From positions 71,242,434-71,306,433 of the forward strand of contig NC_068981.1 in the NCBI RefSeq assembly GCF_001194135.2: a DNA stretch of 64,000 nucleotides. Direction: 5' to 3'. Positions within the stretch are counted from its first letter, which is position 1; every line of letters begins with the position of its first letter. The notes under the pieces are model-generated. The model ran no database searches, was not told the DNA's origin, and was given only the letters and a program-made list of their open reading frames with translations. Source of the stretch: Octopus bimaculoides (Eukaryota). Positions 37,415 through 49,630 of the stretch are shown piece by piece. The translations under genes were made by a program, and so were the position numbers.

Positions 37415-37655
37415 TACCTGACTTTTATACAATCTCCTTGAACATTGTAGCTGATAGAAGTAGTACATAGTAACACTGGTAAATGACGTCATTGCGTTAA
37501 TAAATTTTGCCTTTCATCGCTTATTTTACTTCACTGCTTTCCAAGAGTTTACATCGGTTATTTGACTGATGAAGCGCTGTGCACGGTCAAGTACCAACCA
37601 TTCAGAGAGATACAGTAATTATAGTGAATTTTGTTGGTTTATGTGTATGATCCAA
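37415..37655 (+). repeat. 241-bp direct duplication, copy 2
   Basis: See copy 1. Lies between a family B SINE tail and a family D element. Confidence 0.92.
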
Positions 37656-38185
37656 ATACCATCAAAGTGACATTGGGGTATAAATATACGAAACCCAGTA
37701 TACCCATCATGACTACCCGTCTGATAAGGGTACACCTGGCACATGCATCACAAAATGTACGCGACATGGTGATCACATATCAAGATAAAAAGCGCATGAC
37801 CTTGAAGGTGGGAGCCCAGTTAAAATTTTCTTTAAGTCGAGTAGCTCATCCCACTCAAATGGTCCTTGAATAAGGGTTGTTTAAGGATGTTGAGCAAAAC
37901 ATCCATGTTTCCAGAGGTGAATTATTCAAACTCCAAAGAATTCCTCTGAACTATGATGTCCCCACACTGCTTCTGCTCGCGATTACAGATGCATATATCG
38001 TCACCCAACAAAGGACATGATCAACTGGTTAAGGTCAAGCAGCTGACAAGCAAATCTGTGGTATTGAGCAGAATATTTGATGTAGCCCATCTTTCATACC
38101 AAGGAAAAACATGTACATGCTAACACTTCCAATCAGTTAAGATCAGAAGCCATGAAAGCCAATGTCTGGTACTGTATCATGGTAT
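37656..38185. mobile_element. Interspersed repeat family D (unclassified, non-coding)
   Basis: Compositionally distinct ~530-bp block with sharp edges that I recognise as a common octopus-type repeat. Only one copy in this window, so not confirmed internally. Confidence 0.45.
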
Positions 38186-38457
38186 TTATTATTATTNNNN
38201 NNNNNNNNNNNNNNNNNNNNNNNNNNNNNNNNNNNNNNNNNNNNNNNNNNNNNNNNNNNNNNNNNNNNNNNNNNNNNNNNNNNNNNNNNNNNNNNNNNNN
38301 NNNNNNNNNNNNNNNNNNNNNNNNNNNNNNNNNNNNNNNNNNNNNNNNNNNNNNNNNNNNNNNNNNNNNNNNNNNNNNNNNNNNNNNNNNNNNNNNNNNN
38401 NNNNNNNNNNNNNNNNNNNNNNNNNNNNNNNNNNNNNNNNNNNNNNNNNNNNNNNNN

Positions 38458-38705
38458 TATCATTCAGTAGTTTTATTTTTATAACGTGCTTTCACTTCAC
38501 TACCGAGCGCAGCTCTGTGCACCTTGGGTATGTGCTGTGGTTTGCTGTGGTGCTCTTATGGTTACTGTATTGAAAGTGTTTTGCGTAGGGTGTGTACAGT
38601 GCCCAGTAGTGCAATTTTCTGTATGTTATATATATTTGTAAGTCCTGGTGTTTTTGTTATGTATTTGTCTGAATATTTTTTTATTATACCTAAAGCACCT
38701 ACTAT
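38458..38705 (-). mobile_element. 3' end of an RLE-type (R4-like) non-LTR element with an (ATA)n tail
   Basis: IIVGALGIIKKYSDKYI...IQKIALLGTVHTLRKTLSIQ* is the typical C-terminus after the restriction-like endonuclease, followed by a short UTR running into trinucleotide repeat and an N-gap. Confidence 0.8.
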
Positions 38706-38719
38706 GATATTATTATTAT

Positions 38720-38766
<47 letters not shown>

Positions 38767-38949
38767 TTATTATTATTATTTTCCGATACTCTAATGATTC
38801 TGCTTTCCATTGTCCCTCTCATCGCAAGACAACAGAGTAATGCTGTTATAGTTGTGGGTGTGTTCTATGATCATTAGTTTCTAGGGTTAAGGGAAGAGGC
38901 GATCAGCTACATTATTTCCACTGCCACAACCAATTTCTGTAACTTGCTG

Positions 38950-39860
38950 ATGTTGCTACCATTTCTACTGTCCTTTTCTTTCCTGTATTCAAGTTCGGAA
39001 CAGAAGACATTCAAATGGTCCTTTACTTCCATGCGTGTAGTAGCTGAGCTTTCTGCCTTGCACCACCAGTCTCGTTGCTTTTCTTTCTGCTTCAGGCGCA
39101 ATGTGAGAGATTTCGTTTGTGAAAGGATATAGATATAGAGAAGAATTGTCAAACGTATACAATGTGACAGTGGATACAAACGAGCAGCGAAAGTGGAGGA
39201 AGTACTGCAAATAGAGCCGTCATTGATGAGAAGTGGAGAAAAATAAGATTCTATAGAAGTGATGAAGATTCTTTAAGCAAGCGATCAGACAGATCCGCTG
39301 TAGTTTGGGAGGTTTCGAAAAAGCTTGAGGTATTTGCGATGCACGAAGTCATCGTTCGTGTTTCGGATAGGGGTTTTGCATGATTTGTATTGCTTGATAC
39401 TCGCCACTTGAGTTTTTGCACTGAATGAGTTTATCCAGACCTTATCTTTTACCTGAACAATTTCAGCGCAGCTAAAGGAGAGTAATTTGGGGAATTGAAG
39501 TTATTGATATCTTGTTATTTGAGGAATGTATAGTGGGAGAGGGACATACCTAAAAGGATAATTTCGGTAGCTTGTCTAGATGTTTCGATGTCAGGAGTGA
39601 AGCAGATATACTGAAAAAGATAGTTAGAATGTAATTGGTGGATCGCCGCCCAATCGAGTGATTTTAAGGGCCATAGAGCTCGAGGTTTGGGAGCGCTGTA
39701 TAGTATTTGGATATGTATTGAATAATTGCAATGAGGCAGTGGTCGGATAAACTGACTGATGAAGGACAGTTACAGTTTGGTAAAAATAAGATTTCGGATT
39801 GAGAAAGGGATCAATGGTATGATTGAAGTGAAGTGAAGTGATGACGTTTGTCACAAACTC
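38950..39860 (-). pseudogene. Very old LINE relic (endonuclease C-terminus and linker)
   Basis: Purine-rich + strand; fragments such as TRLGGDPPITF...SPDIETS resemble the PTR...SPDIT motif. Alignment is weak. Confidence 0.35.
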
Positions 39861-39889
39861 AGCCTTGATCGGTTAGAGACGTGATTAAA

Positions 39890-40245
39890 GGCGCAGACAT
39901 GAGTGTGTGGTAAGAAGATTGCTTCCCAACCACACAGTTTCGGTTTCAGTCACACTGCGTGGTGCTTTGGGCAAGTATCTTCTACTGTAACCTTAGACCA
40001 ACCAAAGCCTTGTGAGTGGATTTGGTTGACGGAAATTGAAAGCCCGTTGTATATAATCTATGTGTATGCTTGTGTTTACCCCCACACCGTTGCTTGACAA
40101 CAGGAGTTAGTTCGTTTACGTCCCAGTTTCTTAGTGGCTCGACTTGAAAAAATAAGTACTGGGGTTGATTCGTTTTGTCAAAAATTCTTCAAAGCGGTGC
40201 CCCAGCATGGCTTCATTCTAATAACCGGAACAAGTAAAAGATAAG
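39890..40245 (+). mobile_element. SINE family A, diverged
   Basis: gcgcagacatgagtgtgtggtaagaag...ggtttcagtcac...gcttgacaac...aaagcggtgccccagcatggc. Confidence 0.8.
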
Positions 40246-40766
40246 CGATCCGTGATCATATTTTTAATCAGACATAGTATGTTTAAAAATGCATTATCTA
40301 ATGCAGTTTCGCTAAGACATAGTATTTTTGTAGCAGGTCGAGTGATCACGTGGGCAGGGTCATCGTTTGTTTGCCAATGACGTCAATGGTATTGGTACTG
40401 GTTCTAGATAATGTTGGCCAGGGATTATGTAACTGTTGTTACTGGAGCTGATGTTAAATATATGGAGTTGATGTTAAAAATCTGGCTTTACTAGATGACG
40501 ATTATGTGACTTGGAGCTAATATAATTCATTTAGCAGAGACCATGAAGTGATTCTAAGATTCTATAATGTTATATATATATATATAACTGTTCTTCTTAA
40601 GTTTAGCACACACACTGAAGCTGTATGGATATCTAATTCATTTTAGTCTCATAGACTATTTATCTGTCTATATCTCGCAGCATAGAGACGCACAAAACCT
40701 CATATTTAATCTCTCTGCTAAAAACAAGCTTAAATGAAAAGTATTCAATAAACTCAGTATATAAGT

Positions 40767-40953
40767 CGGCGAGCTGGCAGGAACGTTAGTACGCCGGGCG
40801 AAATGCTTACCGATATTTCGCCTGTCTTTACGTTCTGAGTTCGAATTCCGCTGAGGTCGACTTTGTCTTTCATCCTTTCGGGGTCGATAAATTAAGTACC
40901 AGTTGCGTCCCACTCCTCCCAAATATTCGGGCCTTGTGCTTAGTGTAGAAAAA
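40767..40953 (+). mobile_element. SINE family B with a long TSD
   Basis: Flanked by aataaactcagtatataagt (40747-40766) and aataaacttagtatataagt (40954-40973), 1 mismatch. Confidence 0.88.
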
Positions 40954-41582
40954 AATAAACTTAGTATATAAGTGAAACAACAAGAAGAAAAATCTCTTTA
41001 AAACATTCTATCTATGAAAATAAAGCGAATAAGTGAATATCAAAAGTGAAGTTCATAAAAAGCACTCGACTGTTTTATATATATATATATATATATATAA
41101 TTGAGATTCAGTTGAATTAGGTACTTAAGTAGAAGCACCAAGTCAGTGCAGTATTATCCGTACAACTCAAACTTAAACTAATTCTATGTGATCTTCCCTT
41201 TCTAATATTGAAAATTGGTATATATACACATTTTATCTATTCTGACAATAATATCATTTTTAATAATCTTAAATTTTATCTTTATACAACATAACAATAT
41301 CGTTTATATACAATCACCCGTAGTACCCCATGATAATTTCCTCTGTATTAACATCATAGGTTTTATTAGCGTCTTGCCCCTTTAACTGGTAATTAACATC
41401 TTGATTTGGGGTCTTCCCCTACCCGGCCTCCTTTATAGACAGTTTCTTTATACTAATCCTAAAATCTTGACAATATTTATGACCATGCCCAGCTATAAAC
41501 TGTCAATTCACTCCTGCCCTCCATTCTAAACAGACACATATATACACACACACATACATATATATCTTGACTTCAATACAGC

Positions 41583-42110
41583 GTAAACTACTATACTGGA
41601 TTGAGTATTTCCTGAAGAACAGAACACAACATGTTATGATCGGTGGAATCCACTTAAGCCCAGCAAAAGTCACCAGTGGTGTCCCTCTGGGGACTGTCTT
41701 GGACCCGCTTCTATTTACAGTGTATATAAACGACCTTTCTAGCGTCATAAAACACAGTAAAGTGAAAATATTCGCTTATGACTGCAATCTCCAAAAAATT
41801 ATCAATGGAGAAGACCGAACTGAACTCCCTTCAGGGGAACTACTCACAGCATCAAATAATATCAGAGACTTATGAGTAATTGTTGACAACAATCTCAGCT
41901 GGAGTGCCCGCATCAACAATAAGGTCGATATAGCTCATAAGATAAGCTCCTGGATCCCAAGAACCTTCCGGTCCAGAGAATTAGGTGTCATCATTCCTCT
42001 TTTCTCATCATGTGTACGGCCACACCTCGAATACTACTGCTCCCTGTAGTCTCCCCATAGAAAACAGAACATATCAGAAATTGAATCACTCCAGTGGGAA
42101 TTCGCTAAAG
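41583..42110 (+). pseudogene. CR1/L2-type LINE reverse-transcriptase relic with an internal deletion
   Basis: WIEYFLKNRTQHV...VTSGVPLGTVLDPLLFTVYINDL...KIFAYD (FADD), then RDL*VIVDNNLSW...VRPHLEY. Confidence 0.85.
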
Positions 42111-42312
42111 AATTTCAATACTCGGCGATTGAAACGGTTGCAAGAGGCAACGAGAATTTTAGAAAAAAAATAAATAAATGAGAGGAAACTGAACCACTGA
42201 GTGTGTTAAATAATAAGGGGCTAAAAATGAATGACTCTCCCCAGACACAACAAAATATACTTCAACACACGAACTCACATAAAGAATCTTGCAAGCCAAA
42301 TCCCAAAACGAA

Positions 42313-42820
42313 ATATGGTTCCGGGTTCAGTCCCACTACATGGCACCTTCGGTAAATGTCTTCTACTATAGCCTTGGGCCGACCAAAGCCTTGCGAGTAG
42401 ATTTGGTAGATGGAAACTGGAAGAAGGGACAAGAACGCAAAATATCCAAACAGTTAGGTGATACAAAAAAGGGACAACAAAACATCCAGACAGACGATAC
42501 AAAGAAACCAAGGACGGGTCATCCGGAGTTTTCTTTCCTCAGTCGAGTTCCAGATTATCTTTGCAATTTCGGCTGGTTATACTCGATATTGCTCCAATAT
42601 GAATGTAAGTATATATTTGTGTGTGTGTGTCTGTGTTTTTCCCTCCGCTATCGCTTGACAACCGATGCGGCGTATTTATGTCCTCGTAACACTAGTGGTT
42701 CGAAAAGTGAATAAGTACTAAGCTTACAAAGAATAAGTCCTAGGGTCGATTTCTTCGACTAACACCCTTTAAGCTGGTGCCCCAGTATGGCCGCAGGAAA
42801 ATGAATGAAACAAATAAAAA
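42313..42820 (+). mobile_element. SINE family A with a family E fragment (42426-42598) at its central microsatellite position
   Basis: SINE body runs to ggaaactggaagaa, switches to gggacaagaacgc...gctccaat, then resumes at (tg)n-tctgtgttttccctcc...gcttgacaaccgatg. Confidence 0.85.
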
Positions 42821-43673
42821 ACTTTATATATTTATATATATATAAATGGAACAAAAACAGAATAGAGGGCATTAAAACGTTCGGACAGATAGACGATACA
42901 GAGGCGCACAAGAGGTCTGTATGTATGTATGTATGTATTTATGTATGTATGTATGTATGTATACTGTGTATATATAATACACCCAGACACGACAGCAGTA
43001 GTAATGGACGGTTAAGTTGTGCGAAAAAGTTTAAATAACTAACTAAATCAATAAAACATGCTGCAATAAATATTCAATTGACGACAAGAAAATTGATTTA
43101 AGATGATTATGGATGATTATATAGAAAATGTATTTGATAATATATATATAAGAATGGTCAAGTTTGTTATTTCGATGAAGTGTTGCAAAGCTAACAGTCA
43201 AATAGCTAATACACATACCAGGGTTAGTTTGGAAAATGTTCGAATGTAATAAGGAAAATTTGCGGAGACGAATCAAAACTGAAGTTATTGTGGCGACGAT
43301 GACATATCTAACTGCCTGCGGAACAGACAATTTCTGACATGTTTTATCGAATTCAAGCAACGACGCCATTTACAGCAATAACAGCAGCGTCGGCGGCGGC
43401 AGCAGTAGCAGCATCACTACTACTACTACTACTACTACTATGGGGGTGGTGGTGGTAGTGGTGTGGTGGTGGTGGTCTTAGTAACAACAATTGCAACGAC
43501 TGCCATAGCAATAGAAACAAGAGCAAAATAAGTTTTCAGGCTGTAAATTCTCACTGAAATTTTCAATAATAATAATAATTAGTATTATTATAACAACAAC
43601 AACAGCAGCAGCAGTAGCAACAACAAAAACAACAACAACAACAACAACAATAATAATGATGATGATGATGATG

Positions 43674-43731
<58 letters not shown>

Positions 43732-43962
43732 TAATAATAATAATGACAGACCAAATGGATAAAGAAATGAACAAATATCTAAATTATTAAAATAAAATAT
43801 TAAGCTAATGGAGGAGTGAAAGGAAACGATAATTACTATTCCATTACCAGCGTTATTGAGAATCTTATAAAATCTCTTCACAAACAATTTGATACGTACA
43901 ACATAAAAGCCTTTCTGTGACCGCTCAAGCAGCGGCTAGAAATAGCAACCAAATATTCTTCA

Positions 43963-44300
43963 AAAGGGACAACAAAACATCCAGACAGACGATACAAAGA
44001 AAACAAGGACGGGTCATTCGGAGTTTTCTTTCCTCAGTCGAGTTCCAGAATATCTTTGCGATTTCGGCTGGTTATACTTGATACTGCTCCAATCTGACCA
44101 GCCCCAAGGAAAAAATAATCTACGAGCACTAGATTCCTTAGAAGAAAGCAGCGAATGTACACGAAAACAAGGACGGAAAAAAAACGGAGAAATGGTACGC
44201 AAATACAAATAACAGGACATTAACAACGGGTGTTTTCGACGAAGGACGAATTAAATTAAGCTGGTGTGCGTGGAAGTAAAGCCTTACGGCAAGATTTTCA
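43963..44300. mobile_element. Repeat family E, longer copy
   Basis: aaagggacaacaaaacatccagac...ggagttttctttcctcagtcgag...gccccaaggaaaaa...caaggacggaaaaaa, collinear with the reverse complement of 17700-17940. Confidence 0.85.
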
Positions 44301-44959
44301 GGCACAGGGAGGAATATAGATGCTGCAAGGATGGTAGTCGAACCAAGAAAGAGAGGTCAGGCTTGGCCGAACATCGGTCACGTGGGGAGAGAAGAGTGAG
44401 AGGTAGAGCAGAGGGATAGAAGAATTAAGGAGGGGCGAGAAAAAACTCCAGATAAACCACCCACTCCCAGATATGTCTCTGAAAACAATAACCCTCTGCT
44501 AGGATGGGCTACGGTTCCCCAGAGCTGACTGTGAATCTCTTCTAGGTGGTGCTATTAAATTAGACATGGCCTGAGTCAACTTCGGCCGAAACTTATCTAA
44601 GTAATCCAATCAATGCTGTAACCTTTTAATCAAAGCATGACAACGTGGGTAGAGGTTGATATCTTAACATTTCTGATGGTCTTAGATATAAAAAAAATCA
44701 TTATTTATATAGAACTACATTCAGAGTATGTCTATAAGCTATTGTGTTTAGACCTGGTTTTAATAAAGCAATTCGAAATTAGAAAAATAAAAAATCTGCA
44801 ACAATCTCGGTCCCATGAGTATCGGATAATGGATTTTCAACTGTGTAAAGAAACTGATGTGGTGATCGTAGTTTTGACGGTGATTGTGGTGAAAGCAGAG
44901 ATAGTGTTGATGATGACGATGGTCTAGATAAGTATGGGAGGAGGATAAAATAGTATCTC

Positions 44960-45074
44960 TTTTATGTTTTTGCCGGCGTTGGTTTGGGAAATTGGGTGAT
45001 TTTCAGCATACGTGTATATGAATGGAAATGAGCTGCTTGGCGGAGGTCTGCGCTCTCCGAGTGCTTTTCTAGTT
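44960..45074 (+). mobile_element. Short Helitron/Helentron-type non-autonomous element (3' end)
   Basis: ttggcggaggt + gcgctc-tcc-gagtgc hairpin + ttttCTAG|tt (45069-45072). Upstream ttatgtttttgccggcgttggtttg resembles the usual 5' portion; no 5' subterminal IR found. Confidence 0.55.
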
Positions 45075-45281
45075 ACAAGTGTGAAAGAAAGAAAGCAACC
45101 TTTGACGTAAAAGGATGTAAACTCGACGCACCACTTTACACTAGGATGAATGTGCATTCACACGAATACACACACACACATTCACGCACACACACACATA
45201 CATACATACGTACATACATACATACATACATACATACATACATACATACATACATACATACATACATACATACATACATAC

Positions 45282-46812
45282 ATGATGGCCGTCCACTCAA
45301 TCCAGCGGCCCGTGATCTTTGTTGATTTAGTAAACAGAGTAGAAGACTCCTTAGAAAGCAATGGAGATGATGCAGAGCTCTTAGGCCCATAAACTTGCTT
45401 CATAAGATGTTAAATCTTCTTACTGTCATTTGCATCAGCAGCAGCCTGAACATCACGAGCAAGAACCTCCCACCATGTATTCTGCATCTTTCTAAGTGAT
45501 CGTTGTAGTAGTGATTTTACACTGCTTTAGGGGGAAAGTGCTAGATTTCGCTGCACAACTGAAAGTCCTCTGTGCAGTAACACACTGTGGGCATGGCGCT
45601 TTACGACCAGCAGTCGCTGAACTTCAGCATCATTTTCATCAAACCAGTCTCTTTGTCTGGCAGCAGCACATCCCAAAGTTTCAGCAGTACATTGAAAAAC
45701 CTAATCTCGAAAATCTCGAAAATCTTCTCACGCTGTAATATTTTCAATGTCGGATAAACGATTCTGAAGTTCTTTCCTCACCACAGCATTATATATCTTA
45801 TGGACATTCAGACGCTGAGGAATAACAACTGGCCCTCTTCTTTCTTTCGTTCTAATCCTCATCCGGAACTTTGCTCGCACCGGGCTGTGGTCTGGTCAGC
45901 ACTCCGAACCATGAAAAGACTTGACATTACAAATGTCATAGATGTCACGCTTGCGAATGATGACATAATCCAGCAAGTGCCAAACTTTAGACTTTGGGTG
46001 CATCCGTGTTCTTGTTTGATCACCTCTGTGCATAAAATGAGTGCTTGCGATGTTATGTCCGTATTCCTCGCAAAGCTCCAGAAGCATGAGACCATTGCTA
46101 TTCATCTTCCCTGTACCAAAGTGTCTGAAAGAGTTCCACGTCTGCCAATTTGTTCCAATCCTGATGTTGAAATCCCTAGCAGAATGACTTTATCACAAGT
46201 ACAAGCGCAGAATCATAAGATGATTATTTATAGGAACGAGAAGCTCCTCCAACTTCTTAAGGATTTCAGATCGAACAACAAAACCAACACCAGTCTCTCT
46301 CTGCTCCTCTTTCGGTTTCCCCTTCCAGAACAAAGTTGTATCCACCTCAACTTCTTCAAGCTGACCATCACCTTCTACACGAATCTCTGAAAGTGCAGCT
46401 ATATCAGTGTTATAACGGTTCAGCTCACGAGCAACAAGTGCAGTGTGTTTTTCAGATCTACAGTCACACTTGTTATCCAACAGAGTGCACACAATCCAAC
46501 CGGATTTTATAAGTATTCTCTTTTCTTTCCGAGCGCAAGATGAACTTCCGTCAGTTGCACCAAACTGACTAGATAGAGAATGAAATCCTTGGCTCACCTT
46601 TTCTAGAACCTCCCCAACCTCCGATTGAGCAGTGCCCTCCCCAAATGGAGTTGCTCAGACATCCACACAGCAACCGAATCCCGTCGCTGTCCTGGGCGAC
46701 AAGGAGACGACTTTATATCTAACATGGGCTGCCACGTGCAGGTCGCTAACTACATGCTTCCAACCCGTCAGGTCTGCATGCTTCGCCAACTTCCCATCGC
46801 CGCAGGGCTTCT
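45282..46812 (-). mobile_element. RTE (BovB-like) LINE 5' half: 5'UTR, APE endonuclease and linker, joined to a 3' tail
   Basis: SEKHTALVARELNRYNTDIAALSEIR...FWKGKP...GVGFVV; NSNGLMLLELC...HPKSKVWHLLDYVIIR...DHSPV; VYGPKSS...PLLSK...ITGRWIE, then tggacggccatcat(gtat)n. Confidence 0.9.
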
Positions 46813-46832
46813 AAATAAAAATATATATACAT

Positions 46833-47310
46833 AGGAGTGGCTGTGTAGTAAGTAGCTTGCTTACCAACCACATGGTTCCCGGTTCAGTCCCACTCCATGG
46901 CACCTTGGGCAAGTGTCTGCTGCTTTAGCCTCGGGCCAATCAAAGCCTTGTGAGTCGATCTGGTAGACGGAAACTGAAAGAAGCCCGTCGTATATATATA
47001 TATATGTGTGTGTGTGTATGTGAGTGTGTGTGTGTATGTATGTATGTATGTATGTATGTATGTATGTATGTATGTATGTATGTGTGTATATATGTATATG
47101 TATGTGTGTGTGTATATTTGTGTGTCTGTGTTTGTCACCCAAACAACCGATGCTGGTGCATTTACGTCCCTGTAACGTAGCGGTTAGGCAAAAGAGACCG
47201 ATAGAAAAAGTACTAGATTTACAAAGAATAAGTCCTGGGGCCGATTTGCTCGACTAAAGGCGATGCTCCAGCATGGCTGCAGTCAACAAGTAAAAGAATA
47301 AAAGAATAAA
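46833..47310 (+). mobile_element. SINE family A, full length
   Basis: Collinear with 52174-52598; long internal (TATG)n. Confidence 0.92.
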
Positions 47311-47339
47311 GGTATATATATAGAAACAAAGAAGAGAAG

Positions 47340-47925
47340 CAATCCACATGCAAAGGAAAAGTCAGCAATGCCAGTGCAAAGTTTAAGGTCCAATAAGGCT
47401 TCACGACACCTCATAAACCCTTTCCGCTTTATTGACATTATCAAGAGACAAGACGACGCAAGATGTCTGGTACCAATATGAGTTGGTAACTACAGTGATA
47501 TTGCTCTACTATCAGCTGCTGCCAAGGTTCTGACAAGTATTCTTCTTACCTGCCTTAATAGATGTCTTGTTAATGATGTCCCGATGGTTTCCGATCTGGA
47601 AGAGGAACGATGGATAAGATTTTCACAGCGAGACAGATGCAGAAGTACTATGGGAAGAATATGGATCTTGTCCAGGTATTCATTGATTTTACCAATGCTT
47701 TTCATACTGTGAATAGGGTCTCCCTATGGAAAATACTTGGCAAACTTGGATGTCCGGATCACTTCGTATACATAACCAAATCATTTCATGATGGGATGAA
47801 GGCTTGGGTCAATGTTGGTTGTGGCATGATGGGATCCATCCATTCCTGTAGAGAATGGTGTCAAGCAGGATGACGTCCTTGCCCAACTCTCTTTTCTCTG
47901 TATTTTGCTGCTACTCTTACTTATG
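47340..47925 (+). pseudogene. RTE LINE reverse-transcriptase N-terminal half
   Basis: SLRSNKA; GNYSDIALLSAAAKVL; FRSGRGTMDKIFTARQMQ...FIDFTNAFHTVNR...LWKILGKLGCP...SFHDGM; NGVKQDDVLAQLFFS. Confidence 0.9.
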
Positions 47926-48004
47926 TTTTTGTTGTGGACATATATATATGTGTGTATGTATGTATGTATGTATCTATGTATGTATGTATGTATGTATGTA
48001 TGTA

Positions 48005-48180
48005 TATGACGAGCTTCAGTGTAATTTCCGCTTACTAAAGTCCATTGAAGACATTAGCCACCCCTAGGTTACAAGACTACTGCAGAAGGCCCTTGCTTGG
48101 GGACTTCACAGTAGGATCGAGCATGAATCAATGTGGTGGGAAAGAGAGTATATTAACTGCGTAGCTATGCCTGCGACTTA
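48005..48180 (-). mobile_element. SINE family A head, strongly diverged
   Basis: Reverse complement gcaggcatagctacgcagttaa...gctcgatcctactgtgaagtccccaagcaaggg...agcggaaattacactgaagctcgtc aligns loosely to the family A 5' half. Confidence 0.55.
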
Positions 48181-49309
48181 TTCCCGAAAATAGCTATATG
48201 TATGTACTTGTATGTGTGAGTATACACACACTTTGTTACACACATCGTCTTTGTTGTTATGCTATGGAATATATTTACATATCGGTAGTATCCACTATTT
48301 TCTTGTACCAACCAATCAGAATATATTCTTAATGCCGCTTCTAGCAGTTTATATATGTCAGTACATGAACTGCATTCAGATTATTGGTTGTTTTTGATGT
48401 GCAGGCACAATGTTTGGCTGTCTAATGTTTATTTATAGCTTGTATTGGCACTAACGCTTTGCGGTCAAATTTAACATACTGTGTGACGTGTTTATGTAAT
48501 CATTTGTGTGGTGTAATGTAATAGTATTTTTATTAGCTTTTATTAACAGTGACATGGAACAAGGGCATTGAACGCAGTCTTGTGTACACGATGGTTGATA
48601 TCAGTGTCTAGTTATTGTGAATGGGTGAATGAAAACGTCCCTTCTTGTTTTTGTTTTTTTAAGTACATGTTGACTTTCTGATATAGACTCCAGTAAAAAG
48701 AGCCTTCTTATTGGGTATTATAGCTACACAAAGAGATATGTTTACCCTATCATAAATACCATCGCACGATTATGGTAGCATTAAACGAAAAATTGAATGA
48801 ATGGCATAAATGAAATGGTGACAGAGACATGTATTAAACAACAGAAATAAGTGAGCTTTTAACAAGGACTTAATTGCAATTCCATTTAAGTGATACATAG
48901 ACCAATAGGATAGAATTCTTCGTGATTCTTAAAATCAGCAGCAAGAGCTATAATTTTCACCGAGATGCGACAACAGACTATTGGGACTCGTATTTTGAAT
49001 TTTTGTTGTTTGATCGGTATTCAAGCTACGATAACCATGTATTTTTCTGGCATATTCTACGATAACTATGTGTTTTTTCTTGTATTTTCATTCCATTTTA
49101 AAGATAAAATATCTAAATTTGAAGGAAATCTAGCTGCTAAGTTTTAGAAGGAGCGCAACTGCATAAAGAATCTGTGCTCTAACTACTGAGTTCACCTTGC
49201 CAGCTTCTGCGGTGACCGCCATCACAATCAACAGACATATAGAAATAAACCGGTTACTAGAGAAAATACACATCTAGGTTAACTATATCACGTACTGGTC
49301 ATCCCTGAA

Positions 49310-49630
49310 TGATGGACGGCCATATGTGTAGCAACAGCATCCAGTTCCTTGCCATACCTCCAGAAAGAGTCAGAAGCGGTTGTCGGAGAATTTCTACTTC
49401 ATCAGCCCCAATTACTGGACTCCTAATTCCTCCGATCGTGATCTCATGAGTGGGGCGCAGTTGAAAAAGACACCAAACGCTCTGCCTGCAACACCAAGGA
49501 CGAGCTGATGGTCAAGGTTAAGAGGATGTTTGAAGATCTTCCCAAGGACGCAGTGAAGAACACATGCGCCAGGTTCCAGAACCTTCTTGAGGTCGTGGTG
49601 GAAGCTGCGGGCGACTACTATGAGTAAACT
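49310..49630 (+). mobile_element. Tc1/mariner relic, C-terminal catalytic part, probably maT/DD37D type
   Basis: DGRPYV*QQ...HTSRKSQKRLSENFY, frameshift, PNYWTPNSSD, WGAVEKDT...NTKDELMVKVKRMFEDLPKDAVKNTCARFQNLLEVVVEAAGDYYE*. Confidence 0.72.

Noticed and set aside
44565-44600. ggcc...ggcc-gaaac hammerhead half
   Set aside because: No CUGANGA box upstream.
48965-49016. MRQQTIGTRILNFCCLI as the GPCR signal-peptide exon
   Set aside because: Weak donor (g|gtattc), short hydrophobic core and no linking exon found.
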